Translations under genes and position numbers: made by a program | The notes under the pieces: model-generated | Database searches by the model: none | What the model saw: the letters and a program-made list of their open reading frames with translations, nothing else | Told to the model about the DNA's origin: nothing | Shown here: positions 28,017 through 37,734 of the stretch, piece by piece | Layout: each line of letters opens with the position of its first letter | Position numbering within the stretch: position 1 is the first letter of the stretch | DNA from: Anaerolineae bacterium | Lineage (GTDB): Bacteria; Chloroflexota; Anaerolineae; B4-G1; SLSP01 | Reading direction: 5' to 3' | DNA length: 64,000 nt | Assembly: GCA_016931315.1 (NCBI GenBank) | Contig: JAFGFB010000214.1 | Span: forward strand, 8,353-72,352

Positions 28017-29534
28017 TCAGGCGCCTTTTCCCCGCCACACAAGCCATGCGAAAAGTTCCATGGCTACCGCCCCCACCACCGAAGCTCCCAACAGCGCCAT
28101 AAAGACCGCACCGCCCCCCGTGCTCGCACGGAGAGCTGCCCCGCCAACAGAGGTCACCAGAATATGCGCGGCGCCAGCGCGCCAGGGTTTACGCCCCATC
28201 GCTGCCCATGCCAGAGGCGCTGCAAACGCATAAGAGGGAAGGTGATTCCACAGGAAAGGCATCTTTGCAACAATGGGACCTAATACCCAGGCAGCCCCGG
28301 CTGCCACCACCACTAGCCCCACCAATAGCCCAATCTGTTGCGCGGGAGTGAGTTTTCGCATTAACTTGCGTGTGGAAATCACCAGGCGCTGAGTGGGTCG
28401 CGCCCCGCCTGACGGAGGCGCAACAGCGGCAGCCGCCCCCGTTTTGGGAAGCGTGAGAGCCTGAAAGATTGTGTCACCCACAAACCAACCTATAGCGGCA
28501 AGCAACAAAGCCCCGATGGTGAGTCCAATGATTTGTACCAGGTCGGTGGACCTGGAGAAAAGCAAGAGTTGTACCGCCAACATACCCATTACCGCCATAA
28601 CTAAAGCGGTTGCCAACTCCCAACGCCACTGTGAGGGTCGCGTCGGACGTGTTGCAGCGCCGCCGGTTTCCCTATCCTGCCGGCGCGGTTCCGGCTCCAC
28701 CTGCGGTACTGCGCCGCCTAGCGCCATGCGCATCGCCTGAACGTGCGGGAAGCGACGGTTGGGGTCAAGCGCCAGCGCCTGCAACAATGCAGTCTCCGTC
28801 TTCGATTGCAAACGCAACCCCAGGGTCCGGGGCGGGGCAAGCGTATCACCATCAGTGAAGCGGGCCATAGCCGAAGGCGGTTCCTGTCTCGTAAGTGCAT
28901 GGTAGAGCGTGGCGCCCAGGCTGTAGATATCACTGCGTGGCTCGGTATGCCACCCACGCATACCGAAATGCTCAGGAGATGCATATTCACGCGTACCCAT
29001 ACCCGCGATGATACGCTGCGTTTGGGGGTTATGAGGATCCCATAGCTTCACCAATCCAAAATCCACCAACACTGCCCGTCCATCCGCACAGATGATAATA
29101 TTTTGCGGTTTAATGTCACGGTGCAGAATGCGACGTTGATGACAAGCCTCCAAAGCATCCAACAGCTGCATCGCCCAACGCAATACCTGTGCCTCAGGGA
29201 GCGCCCCGTGGCGATCAATCAAGGTCGCTAAATTCTCCCCCTCAATAAAATCCATCACCAGATAATCGCGCCCGCCCCATTCAAAGAAATCCGTCACACG
29301 GGGGAGATTGGGGTGCACTATACCCGCAAGCACCAGCGCTTCCTGTTGAAACTGTTCCCGAAATTGCGCCAGCTCCTGCGGTACAGTCGAAGGGTCGGGG
29401 ACCATTTCTTTCAGCGCCACAGGGATGTTCAACGTGAGATCCCATGCACGGTAGACCGCCCCCATCCCTCCTTGACCGAGCAATCGCGCCACGCGATAAC
29501 GGTTATTCACAATCTGCCCTGTATTGAGTCGCAT
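28017..29534 (-). CDS. Ser/Thr protein kinase K3 (family A) fused to a C-terminal polytopic (about 5-6 TM) membrane domain
   Basis: GQGGMGAVY, VALKEM, HRDIKPQN and DFGLVK. Multiple hydrophobic helices after residue ~300. Confidence 0.93.
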   Translation of the reverse strand: MRLNTGQIVNNRYRVARLLGQGGMGAVYRAWDLTLNIPVALKEMVPDPSTVPQELAQFREQFQQEALVLAGIVHPNLPRVTDFFEWGGRDYLVMDFIEGENLATLIDRHGALPEAQVLRWAMQLLDALEACHQRRILHRDIKPQNIIICADGRAVLVDFGLVKLWDPHNPQTQRIIAGMGTREYASPEHFGMRGWHTEPRSDIYSLGATLYHALTRQEPPSAMARFTDGDTLAPPRTLGLRLQSKTETALLQALALDPNRRFPHVQAMRMALGGAVPQVEPEPRRQDRETGGAATRPTRPSQWRWELATALVMAVMGMLAVQLLLFSRSTDLVQIIGLTIGALLLAAIGWFVGDTIFQALTLPKTGAAAAVAPPSGGARPTQRLVISTRKLMRKLTPAQQIGLLVGLVVVAAGAAWVLGPIVAKMPFLWNHLPSYAFAAPLAWAAMGRKPWRAGAAHILVTSVGGAALRASTGGGAVFMALLGASVVGAVAMELFAWLVWRGKGA

Positions 29535-29559
29535 AGGTCACCTTCCCCGAAATATGCAA

Positions 29560-31656
29560 TCAAGTATCAGCATCCAGGCCTGGATCAAGCGCCAGAGCGC
29601 GTTGCCGGGAGGTTTCCGCCTTAGCAGAATCCCCTAGAGCCTGCCAGCACGTGCTCAAACCCAGATGTGCTGCGGGTAGGCCCGGGTTGAGCGCAATGCT
29701 CCTCTCATACGCCTCAAGCGCCTCACGCCAACGGCCCCAATCCGCATAGAGTTCACCCACAAAGAACTCTGCCAGCGCATGTCGCGAATCCAAACGAAGC
29801 GTATCGTGGAAATTCCGCATCGCCCAACGCTGACTGCCTTTCTTGTAATTGAGCACCCCTTTAAGAAATTCCAACTCTGCCGTAGGCAAACTCTCCTGCT
29901 GAAGCAGGTCTTGCACCAAAGGCTCAGCCTCAGACAGTTTTCCTCCCAATAGATAGCAGACAGCCAAACGACCACGGAAAATCGGGTCCTGCGAACGGGT
30001 TCGAAGCAAATGCTCGAAATTCGCCGCAGCATCACTGTAGCGTCCCAAACTAAAGGCCGTATCTGCGGCCAATGTTGCCAGGTCAACATCACCAGGTTGC
30101 AATCCCAAAGCTTGCTCCAGATGTTCCAATGCCGCTGCAGGGCGCTTCATAGTGAGCGCCGTCTTACCCAAAGCGACGTGAAGCTCGGGTGACTGCGGAT
30201 ACTTTTCAAGCCCCTTTTCTAATGCCGCAAGAGCAGCATCGAGGTCTTGAGACTGTGTATGGGCTTTCCCTAGGGCCACGTAGATCTCAACTGACTGCGC
30301 TTCAACCTGCAATGCAGATTCAAATGCAGCCACAGCTTCCTTGAAACGCCCGGCTTGAAAATGCTGCAAGCCTTCTGCAGCAAAATCCGGTGGCGCAGGT
30401 GGAGTTACAGCAACCTCCTCAACAGCGATTGGAGCTGACACAGGAGCTGCTGGAACAGATGATGCCTGGAGCTCGGAATCCGGGGGTCCAGTGATGGGCA
30501 AAGATGCTCCGCACTTAGCACAGAAACGTGCGCCAGAGCGATACGGGGTGGCGCAGTTAGGGCAACGATGACTGGTATCCATAGTCTTGCCGCATTGAGG
30601 ACAAAAACGTGCCCCTAACCGCACCAACGCACCACATTGTGGGCAAGTTACCCCAGGTGAGGAGCTGCCGCCAACCGTGGAAGAGCGTTGCGGCGTAACT
30701 GCCGTGGGTGGTTTGCTACTTTCACTACGCGAGGGCGGAGGTGGTGTGTGTTGCGAGGCTATGGGTGCAATCAATGGTCGCCGTATTACCGCAACGCTGG
30801 AGCGTCGCGTGACCGGGCGCCCCGCAACCGTTTGGAGAGCAGCTAACATCTCGCCCGCATCGCGGAAACGCTGGGCAACGTTCACCGACATTGCCTGCAA
30901 TACCACCTTCTCAAGAACAGAGTTCACCTTCGAGTTCAACTGTGAAGGCGGAGTGAGCGCTGCTCCACGCATCAAACGCTCGAAACTATCAGCGGGTGGC
31001 GTAAGCGTAAGGACACAATAAAGCGTGGCGCCAAGGGCGTATACATCCGAGCGTGTATCCGTGCCCCCTCCCAGACCATATTGCTCTGGTGGAGAGAAAC
31101 CTTGCGATACCGCTTTTGCCATCACCTGCGTCTTAGCTTTGGGATCAATCTTGGCAATGCCGAAATCCACCAGCACGGCACGATCCTTCTGGGTGAGGCG
31201 AACATTATTCGGTTTGATATCACGATGAATGATAGGAGGTTGCTGTTGATGCAAGTACCCTACCGCATCACAAACCTGAATCATCCAATCTATCGCCTTA
31301 TCTATCGGGAAATGGCGACGTTGTTTCTCTGCATCTATCACCAAGTCGAGCAAATCCCGTCCGGCAATGTAATCCATCACAAGATAATAACTACGCCCCT
31401 CACCGAAGAAATCCGAAACACGCACCAGACCGGGATGGTCGAGCGCCGCAAGCACTTGTGCTTCCTGTTTGAAGAGTTGCTGAGCCGACTCTGAAGGGTC
31501 ACTGAGTTCTTTCACTGCGACCTGGCGCCCGCGCAAACGCAGGTCTTCCGCCAGGTAAACGGAACCATAACCGCCAGAACCCAGCTTCTTGACGATCTGA
31601 TACCGCCCCTGCAGAGCATGCCCTAATGGTAGAGTTGGCAATCCATGTTGCATCAT
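29560..31656 (-). CDS. soluble Ser/Thr protein kinase K4 (family B) with two zinc ribbons and C-terminal TPR repeats
   Basis: GSGGYGSVY, VAVKEL, HRDIKPNN and DFGIAK. Ribbons CPQCGALVRLGARFCPQCG and CPNCATPYRSGARFCAKCG. About 7 TPR-like A..A...AL...P repeats. No TM seen. Confidence 0.93.
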   Translation of the reverse strand: MMQHGLPTLPLGHALQGRYQIVKKLGSGGYGSVYLAEDLRLRGRQVAVKELSDPSESAQQLFKQEAQVLAALDHPGLVRVSDFFGEGRSYYLVMDYIAGRDLLDLVIDAEKQRRHFPIDKAIDWMIQVCDAVGYLHQQQPPIIHRDIKPNNVRLTQKDRAVLVDFGIAKIDPKAKTQVMAKAVSQGFSPPEQYGLGGGTDTRSDVYALGATLYCVLTLTPPADSFERLMRGAALTPPSQLNSKVNSVLEKVVLQAMSVNVAQRFRDAGEMLAALQTVAGRPVTRRSSVAVIRRPLIAPIASQHTPPPPSRSESSKPPTAVTPQRSSTVGGSSSPGVTCPQCGALVRLGARFCPQCGKTMDTSHRCPNCATPYRSGARFCAKCGASLPITGPPDSELQASSVPAAPVSAPIAVEEVAVTPPAPPDFAAEGLQHFQAGRFKEAVAAFESALQVEAQSVEIYVALGKAHTQSQDLDAALAALEKGLEKYPQSPELHVALGKTALTMKRPAAALEHLEQALGLQPGDVDLATLAADTAFSLGRYSDAAANFEHLLRTRSQDPIFRGRLAVCYLLGGKLSEAEPLVQDLLQQESLPTAELEFLKGVLNYKKGSQRWAMRNFHDTLRLDSRHALAEFFVGELYADWGRWREALEAYERSIALNPGLPAAHLGLSTCWQALGDSAKAETSRQRALALDPGLDADT

Positions 31657-31669
31657 GCGCAGTACCCGT

Positions 31670-33076
31670 TTAAGAACTCAGCTCAGAGTGAAATTTGGCC
31701 AGAGCCGTATCAACTCCCGGAAGATCGCCCTCAATCAGGGCAATGCGGGCGCCATCAAGCACCCGATAGGCACGCATCTCTTCCGGCGTTCCTCGAAAGT
31801 TACCAAACAACTGCTCATAAGCAGTAGTAACCGCATCCACCGCTTCTACCAGAGTTTCGGGCTCGAAAGTAACTTCGGCATGATGCTCTGCCAGGCTCGC
31901 CTTCCAATCAGATTCCAATGCCGGCAATGATTTGCCATAAACACCACTATAATCACCGGTAGGATAGAGTTGCGCGAATTTCTCAGGCCCATACACATCC
32001 AGCAAATATTGGACAAAACATCCCGCAGCATAGTAATTCTCTAAATCTCGAATGTGCCCCTGAAAACTCAGGTTTGCTGAAACACGCGGCAGCACTCCAG
32101 CAAGATCATAGGCCGCACAGAAGACCCGGAGAGGTAAATGCCCCTCCCCAGCTACAGCACTCATACCTGTGGAAACTGCAGCGCCTTCACTCAACATCGC
32201 CGAAACTGGTCGCCCAAAGACGTTCCAGGCATATAAATGCGTAAGTTCATGGGTGGCGATATATTGTTGATCAGCCGGGCTACCGGTGCCATCATGAAGG
32301 AAAAAATAGCGTCGAGATGCAGAGACACTGAATCCACGCAGAGCTTGATTGGGAGCAGCGAAAATCGAGCCTGCCACATAGACATCAAAAGACCCGACCA
32401 AAGGCTGCGCAAAAGTTTGTTCAATATACCCCAATCCCCGCGTCACCATAGCCGCTGTGGCAGCAGCATTCTGCGCCGGGTAGGTTCCTGGAGCAAAATG
32501 CAAGGTAAAACGTTCCATTGCCATGGTCTCTGGATATTCTGCAGCAAGATCCCCTTCAATGGCTGAGGGCACCCACACTTCAACCGTGGATGGTGTTGAC
32601 AGTGGAGTATCCGTTACGGTAGACACTGGCGGTGACGTCGGTGTTGAGACGATCACACCAGCCAAAGGGATAGTAAGCACTTGTCCAGGCCAGATTGTCT
32701 CACCGATAATGTTACTTGCCATTGAAAGCGCTTCGACACTCACCTCGAAACGCGTGGAGAGCTCCCAAAGAGTATCGTCAGGCTGCACAGTATAAGTGAG
32801 AATCTTTGCAGGCTCAAGAGTTGGCTCAGATTCCAGTCTGACCGTCGTCGGGGCAACTTCCGGTGATAACATCGGCGTGGGCGTGACGGTCTCCTCGATT
32901 ACGGGCACAACAGCCTCCGTAACCACCAACGTGGCAGAAGGTGGTAGTGATGTTGCGATAGGCGCGGCGCCAGAACGGCCCAGGACAAACACAAGCGCCA
33001 ATATCACAAGGCCAAGCCCCAATGCCGCACCCAGCCCGATTAAAACATCCCGTTTGGAAATTGTCTGCAAATTCAA
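31670..33076 (-). CDS. membrane-anchored LysM + peptidase-MA-like (HExxH) protein
   Basis: LysM YTVQPDDTLWELSTRFEVSVEALSMASNI...GQVLTIP, and metallopeptidase motif ATHELTHLYAW. The start was moved to the TTG at 33076 (AAGGA 9 nt upstream) because the ORF-track start at 33232 overlaps K5 by 143 nt. The start is uncertain. Confidence 0.7.
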   Translation of the reverse strand: MNLQTISKRDVLIGLGAALGLGLVILALVFVLGRSGAAPIATSLPPSATLVVTEAVVPVIEETVTPTPMLSPEVAPTTVRLESEPTLEPAKILTYTVQPDDTLWELSTRFEVSVEALSMASNIIGETIWPGQVLTIPLAGVIVSTPTSPPVSTVTDTPLSTPSTVEVWVPSAIEGDLAAEYPETMAMERFTLHFAPGTYPAQNAAATAAMVTRGLGYIEQTFAQPLVGSFDVYVAGSIFAAPNQALRGFSVSASRRYFFLHDGTGSPADQQYIATHELTHLYAWNVFGRPVSAMLSEGAAVSTGMSAVAGEGHLPLRVFCAAYDLAGVLPRVSANLSFQGHIRDLENYYAAGCFVQYLLDVYGPEKFAQLYPTGDYSGVYGKSLPALESDWKASLAEHHAEVTFEPETLVEAVDAVTTAYEQLFGNFRGTPEEMRAYRVLDGARIALIEGDLPGVDTALAKFHSELSS

Positions 33077-33089
33077 GATCGATATTCCT

Positions 33090-35075
33090 TCATTTTGACC
33101 AACTCGGCGCCCAATGTTGATCACTTTCAAGAAGTGTACGTCGTCGCCCACCGTTATTGTCCACAACCTCGATGCCATTATCCGAATTGAAGGCAATCCA
33201 ACCTTCAGAGGACCATGTTGGACGTCCTGCATGAAAGCCGGTCACAATCTGTACTGGCGCGCCGCCATAGGTCGAGAGCCGCCAGATAGTATCAGCGGTA
33301 ACACTGCCAGGAGCGGTTGTGGAGTGATAGATGAGATATTCCCCATCGGGTGACCAGGCGGGCCAGCGGCAATTCACGGCAGACTGCGTCATTTGGGTGG
33401 TTCGATCACTCTGGAAATCATAGATGTAAATCTGCCAGTTCCCACTGCGCTGCGACATGAAAGCCAGCTGCGCCCCGCTTGGTGAGAAAACCGGCGCACG
33501 GCCCTGCCCCGCAACGCTGTATGCGCCACCGCCATCCACCCGCATCACCTGCAACGCGCCATCAGCATTGCGATCTCCATCAGTTGGATTGACGCGGTAG
33601 GCGATATGTTCACCAAGCGGCGACCAATCCGGCTCGCGCTCATCGGTAAGAGCATCCGTGGTCAAGCGTACTGGTGTCCCACCCGTGACACTCACCTTCC
33701 AGATATCATAGGAGCCTTCGCAATTGGATTGATAGACGATCCAATTGCCATCTGGAGACCAGGCTGGCTCAGCCTCATCGCAAGTACGACAAGCCACACA
33801 CAACGCATTGCGCCCATCGGCATCAGCGACGTAAATATCCGTATTGCCAACATTGCCCTTTACGTATGTCAATCGCAGCGGAAGGGACACAGGGACAGCC
33901 TGCGTGGCAGTCTCCGTGGGTGATAATGCCGTTTCGCGGGGCGGAGATGTTAGCGTTGGGGGGCGGGGAGTGACTACAATCGGCTGTTCCAAAGCTGGTG
34001 TGTTAACCACTGGCAATGGTGTGTCCAAAACCGCCGGAGCTGTAGGTAGTTCTGGCGAAAGCTGCAATGCTAAAGAGCCATTCGACCCTCGAAGCAGCCT
34101 AATCCCCAGAATCACTCCGCCGATCAGCACCAGAATCAGGAAACCCAAACCCAAACCAATCCAAATACCGGACCGCGAGGCCGGGATCGCAGCCACTTTG
34201 GCAGAACTGGCATTTTGCATCAATGCCGTTCGCATAGGAGGACTTTGGGCCGGCACACGTGCAGTAAACAAGTCCCCGCAAAACTCCCGCACACTACCAT
34301 AGCGGAGATGTGGCTGCAATTGTAGCGCGCGCCCCAGAGCCTCAATCAGATGGGGTGGCAAATTCGCCTGCAAGGAGCTCGGATCAGGCAGCGGGAAAGG
34401 TGTAACAGCACTGACAGGATTGTACCCCGTCACCAGCTGATGTAATAACACACCCAGGCTGTAAATATCAGAACGCGGGTCGGTTTGCCCCATCCCACCG
34501 TATTGTTCCGGTGCGGCATATCCTGGTGTACCCAGATTTACGGTATCCTGTGTGCGTCCGCTCTTGAAGAAGCGTGCAACGCCGAAATCAATCAGTTTGA
34601 CCTGTCCCTTCTCATCGAGCATGACATTGCCGGGCTTGAGATCACGAAAAACAACCGGTGGTTGTTGACCGTGCAGGTAATCAAGCACCTCACAAAGCTG
34701 GCGCGTAATGCGCAACGCTTCATCAAGCGGGAAACGTGCGCCTGGAACACGCCCTAGACGCGATTCGAGTGTCTCACCCTGAATGTACTCCATCACAAGA
34801 TACCAATTTCCCCCCTCAGGAAAGAAATCCGTGACGTTGGTAAGCCCTGGATGATGCAGATTTGCCAGCATCTGCGCCTCCTGGCGAAACGCCTGAATGG
34901 CCCAATTACGATCACCAGGAGCCAATTGCGCAGGAGACATTTCTTTGATCGCGCACTGACGCCCCGCCAAACGGGTGTCGTCCGCCAGGTAGACGGTTCC
35001 CATCCCCCCACCGCCAATCCGGCGTTGGACGCGATAACGATTTTGTAGGATTACGCCCGTCTCAAGCATCGCCAT
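33090..35075 (-). CDS. Ser/Thr protein kinase K5 (family B) with TM and a TolB-like PD40 beta-propeller ectodomain
   Basis: GGGGMGTVY, CAIKEM, FRDLKPGN and DFGVAR. TM IWIGLGLGFLILVLIGGVILGI. Repeated ...P.WSPDG..I.Y.S pattern (PD40/WD40-like). Confidence 0.93.
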   Translation of the reverse strand: MAMLETGVILQNRYRVQRRIGGGGMGTVYLADDTRLAGRQCAIKEMSPAQLAPGDRNWAIQAFRQEAQMLANLHHPGLTNVTDFFPEGGNWYLVMEYIQGETLESRLGRVPGARFPLDEALRITRQLCEVLDYLHGQQPPVVFRDLKPGNVMLDEKGQVKLIDFGVARFFKSGRTQDTVNLGTPGYAAPEQYGGMGQTDPRSDIYSLGVLLHQLVTGYNPVSAVTPFPLPDPSSLQANLPPHLIEALGRALQLQPHLRYGSVREFCGDLFTARVPAQSPPMRTALMQNASSAKVAAIPASRSGIWIGLGLGFLILVLIGGVILGIRLLRGSNGSLALQLSPELPTAPAVLDTPLPVVNTPALEQPIVVTPRPPTLTSPPRETALSPTETATQAVPVSLPLRLTYVKGNVGNTDIYVADADGRNALCVACRTCDEAEPAWSPDGNWIVYQSNCEGSYDIWKVSVTGGTPVRLTTDALTDEREPDWSPLGEHIAYRVNPTDGDRNADGALQVMRVDGGGAYSVAGQGRAPVFSPSGAQLAFMSQRSGNWQIYIYDFQSDRTTQMTQSAVNCRWPAWSPDGEYLIYHSTTAPGSVTADTIWRLSTYGGAPVQIVTGFHAGRPTWSSEGWIAFNSDNGIEVVDNNGGRRRTLLESDQHWAPSWSK

Positions 35076-35141
35076 TCACTCAAGAGACTAATAATAGCAT
35101 AGGAATACAAAGAACCATTATCCATTCTATGACCGTGGAAT

Positions 35142-35579
35142 TCATCGCTCCGGGCACGGTGGCATCTTGAGAACATTCCCAGGGTGGATGACATAACCCT
35201 TTATGGCATCATTCCAGGCAAGATTGTTAAGCGTCGCCACCTGCTCAGAATATTGCCTGAGAGCATCATCAAGAGTCACTAAAGCCCAATTCTGCGGGCA
35301 ATAACGACGGCAAACGGCGTATAGACTCTCACCCGATTGAACAATGATCTGCTGCTGCGGCGCCAGAGTTGAGGTTGGCGGCAAAATATCCGGGGGTGCC
35401 GACGTCGGGGTTTCTGGCATCGGAGTAGCTGTAATTGGTGACTGTGGCAGCGGAGTAACCGCAGCTTCTCCGCCCAGCCAATCTGCAAGAGCATGAGCAC
35501 CCCACCCCAAAAGCAAACCCAACACTGCCAATCCCACCAATGCCCCGATTAATAGAAACTGTGATTTTGACCTAAACAT
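35142..35579 (-). CDS. small membrane-anchored LysM-like protein
   Basis: ATG at 35579 (GGAG upstream), a TM anchor, a PT linker, then IIVQSGESLYAVCRRY...GYVIHPGNVLKMP, which resembles a LysM domain. Confidence 0.5.
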   Translation of the reverse strand: MFRSKSQFLLIGALVGLAVLGLLLGWGAHALADWLGGEAAVTPLPQSPITATPMPETPTSAPPDILPPTSTLAPQQQIIVQSGESLYAVCRRYCPQNWALVTLDDALRQYSEQVATLNNLAWNDAIKGYVIHPGNVLKMPPCPER

Positions 35580-35601
35580 TCTTGATTTTCTCCGCACAGA
35601 A

Positions 35602-37734
35602 TCATTCCATCTCCACCACAATTACCGAGATATTGTCCTCACCACCCGCCGCATTCGCAGCCGCTATCAGAGCGTCACAGGCTTGCTGTGGGCTACGCGC
35701 CGTTTCAACAAGGTGTTGAATCTCAGTATCCAGCACCATCTCCCACAGACCATCGCAGCACAGAATCAATCGGTCCCCACGCAATAATACCATCGTGAAG
35801 GTATCTACTTCCACTTCCTCTTGTTGCCCCAGGGAGCGGAAAATTTGATTGCGTTGGGGGTGGCTGCGCACTTGCTCCTGTGTAATCACGTGCGCCTGCA
35901 CCAACCGTGCAACCAGGGAATGATCCTGGGTAATCTGTCGTAATTGCCCTTCTCGCAGCAAGTAAGTGCGGCTGTCACCCACGTTGGCAATCGTAGCGAT
36001 ATTCCCAATGACTAGCGCCGCAGTGACTGTAGACCCCATATTGCTCTGCTGAGCACTGGCATGGCGGGCAAGGACTTTGTTCGCCGCCTGAACCGCTTCC
36101 TTGAGCAAATTCCCAGGTATATTCTCAGTGGTCAGTTTTCGAGTCTCTTTGCGCAAATCAGGGAGCACCTTGCTCTTGAGAATCCACTCGGTTACAACCT
36201 GGTAAACCATACGACTGGCGACATCACCAGCATCGTGCCCCCCCATCCCATCCGCCACCATATAGAAACCGATGGGTACAGCTCCTCCCTGTTGGGCTTT
36301 ATCAAAAGTAAAGGTAACCACCGAATCTTCGTTGCGCGCATGTTTGCGTCCCGGATCGGTTGCCTGCCCATGAATAGGTTTGAGTGGACGTCCCATCGCA
36401 GGGGCCGGCGCCATCGAAAGGCCCGCCAACATTGCCGCCACTGTCGGAAATTGCCCCTGCAAGGCAGCCTCGATGATCCCGCGGTGCTCTTCGGGTACGG
36501 CCTCCAACGCACCCGCAATGGGTGGTGCGCCTGTCGTGAGATAGCCGAGAGTCTGCCCTAAAAATGCGATATCGCGGGCCACCTGTGCCCGACCACCATC
36601 GTGTGCCGAAAGCGGAACACAAGCGCTGATATCTGCTACTTTCACGGACCCATCGCCGCCAAAGGTCACCAGACGCTCCAGATTTTCCAACAATGAGGCT
36701 GTTGCCGGGGTGAAAGCAAGGCCTTGCTGATGCAAGTAGATCAGTACACGCCCTATCGGTCCCAGCATCATGAGCGCGTCCTCTGGCGAACGTGTGCGCC
36801 GCCCACGCACCAGCACCCCCCACCGCCCTGGATGCTCCACAATAGTATACACTGCCTGCTGAAAAGCAAGACTATCACGGTGAAAGAGAATATCAGGGTG
36901 ACCAGCACGTCCCAGGGCAAGGGCTGCGGTTCCGACCGCGGTTCCGACCGCCGCATCAGGCGGCACATTCGCCTCACCAGAGACACGGCGTTCATGAATC
37001 AGGACAGTATTCAGAGGCGTCGAGCAGTGGGTACACAATCCGTTAGCAGGAAACTGTGGGTGGAGGGTGTGGCATGCAGCATTCGGACAGAGCAGGTCAA
37101 TCGCATCGTAATATATCGAGTAACTCAACTCCCGCGTCGTGAGAATATGGTAGCGCTGTGCAAAAATCGCCCCTGGAGTGAAGGGCTTGATGCCCCCACC
37201 GGGCACACCCCCACCCGGGGCGCCTGCAGGTGTGGTAATGATTCGATCCGGGAACGCGGATGACGATGCTCCCGGCGATGCAGGTTGCGGCGTGGCAGGT
37301 GGTACAGATTGCAGCGCAGATGGCCCCGCGGGCAAGGGTCTTGGCGGCGGCGGCGCAGTCGGCACGGTAGTTATGCGAGGAGCTGAGGCCGGTGAAGCCG
37401 GCGCGGGAACCTCCGGCGCTGATGCAGGCTGCTGAGCAGCTTGCTCGACCAAAACACTAGTGCGCGGCTGTCTGCGTGCAGGTGGAGCGGATTCAGCCGG
37501 CACACGCTTAGGTCTGCCCAAAATACCGCGAAATTCCTGCAGCACCCGCCCTAAAATCGCGTCACCACCAGAAGAGGCGCTTGGGGCTCCAGATTTTCCA
37601 GAGCAGCGCCTGCCATCTTCTGCAATATCCAACCTGGCGCCGCATTGGCTACAAAACCAACGTTCACCCGGTGCCGGAGGACTTGCCTCGACATTTTCCG
37701 CGCCGCATCGTGGACACACTTTCTTATAGGGCAT
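35602..37734 (-). CDS. zinc-ribbon / pseudokinase-like / PP2C phosphatase fusion (copy a)
   Basis: N-terminal CPRCG...CSQCG. A central kinase-like region (YLHQQGLAF..., VKVADIS) lacks the G-loop, VAIK Lys, HRD and DFG, and has an inserted CPNAAC...CTHC ribbon. C-terminal PP2C motifs: MVADGMGGHDAGDVAS, GDSRTYLL, CCDGLWEMV and GGEDNISVIVV. Confidence 0.85.
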   Translation of the reverse strand: MPYKKVCPRCGAENVEASPPAPGERWFCSQCGARLDIAEDGRRCSGKSGAPSASSGGDAILGRVLQEFRGILGRPKRVPAESAPPARRQPRTSVLVEQAAQQPASAPEVPAPASPASAPRITTVPTAPPPPRPLPAGPSALQSVPPATPQPASPGASSSAFPDRIITTPAGAPGGGVPGGGIKPFTPGAIFAQRYHILTTRELSYSIYYDAIDLLCPNAACHTLHPQFPANGLCTHCSTPLNTVLIHERRVSGEANVPPDAAVGTAVGTAALALGRAGHPDILFHRDSLAFQQAVYTIVEHPGRWGVLVRGRRTRSPEDALMMLGPIGRVLIYLHQQGLAFTPATASLLENLERLVTFGGDGSVKVADISACVPLSAHDGGRAQVARDIAFLGQTLGYLTTGAPPIAGALEAVPEEHRGIIEAALQGQFPTVAAMLAGLSMAPAPAMGRPLKPIHGQATDPGRKHARNEDSVVTFTFDKAQQGGAVPIGFYMVADGMGGHDAGDVASRMVYQVVTEWILKSKVLPDLRKETRKLTTENIPGNLLKEAVQAANKVLARHASAQQSNMGSTVTAALVIGNIATIANVGDSRTYLLREGQLRQITQDHSLVARLVQAHVITQEQVRSHPQRNQIFRSLGQQEEVEVDTFTMVLLRGDRLILCCDGLWEMVLDTEIQHLVETARSPQQACDALIAAANAAGGEDNISVIVVEME

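Noticed and set aside
33077-33232. ORF-track N-terminal extension of the LysM-peptidase gene, overlapping kinase K5 by 143 nt.
   Set aside because: A 143-nt same-strand overlap is implausible. The extension precedes the signal-anchor helix and has no RBS, whereas a TTG at 33076 with AAGGA upstream starts right before the anchor.
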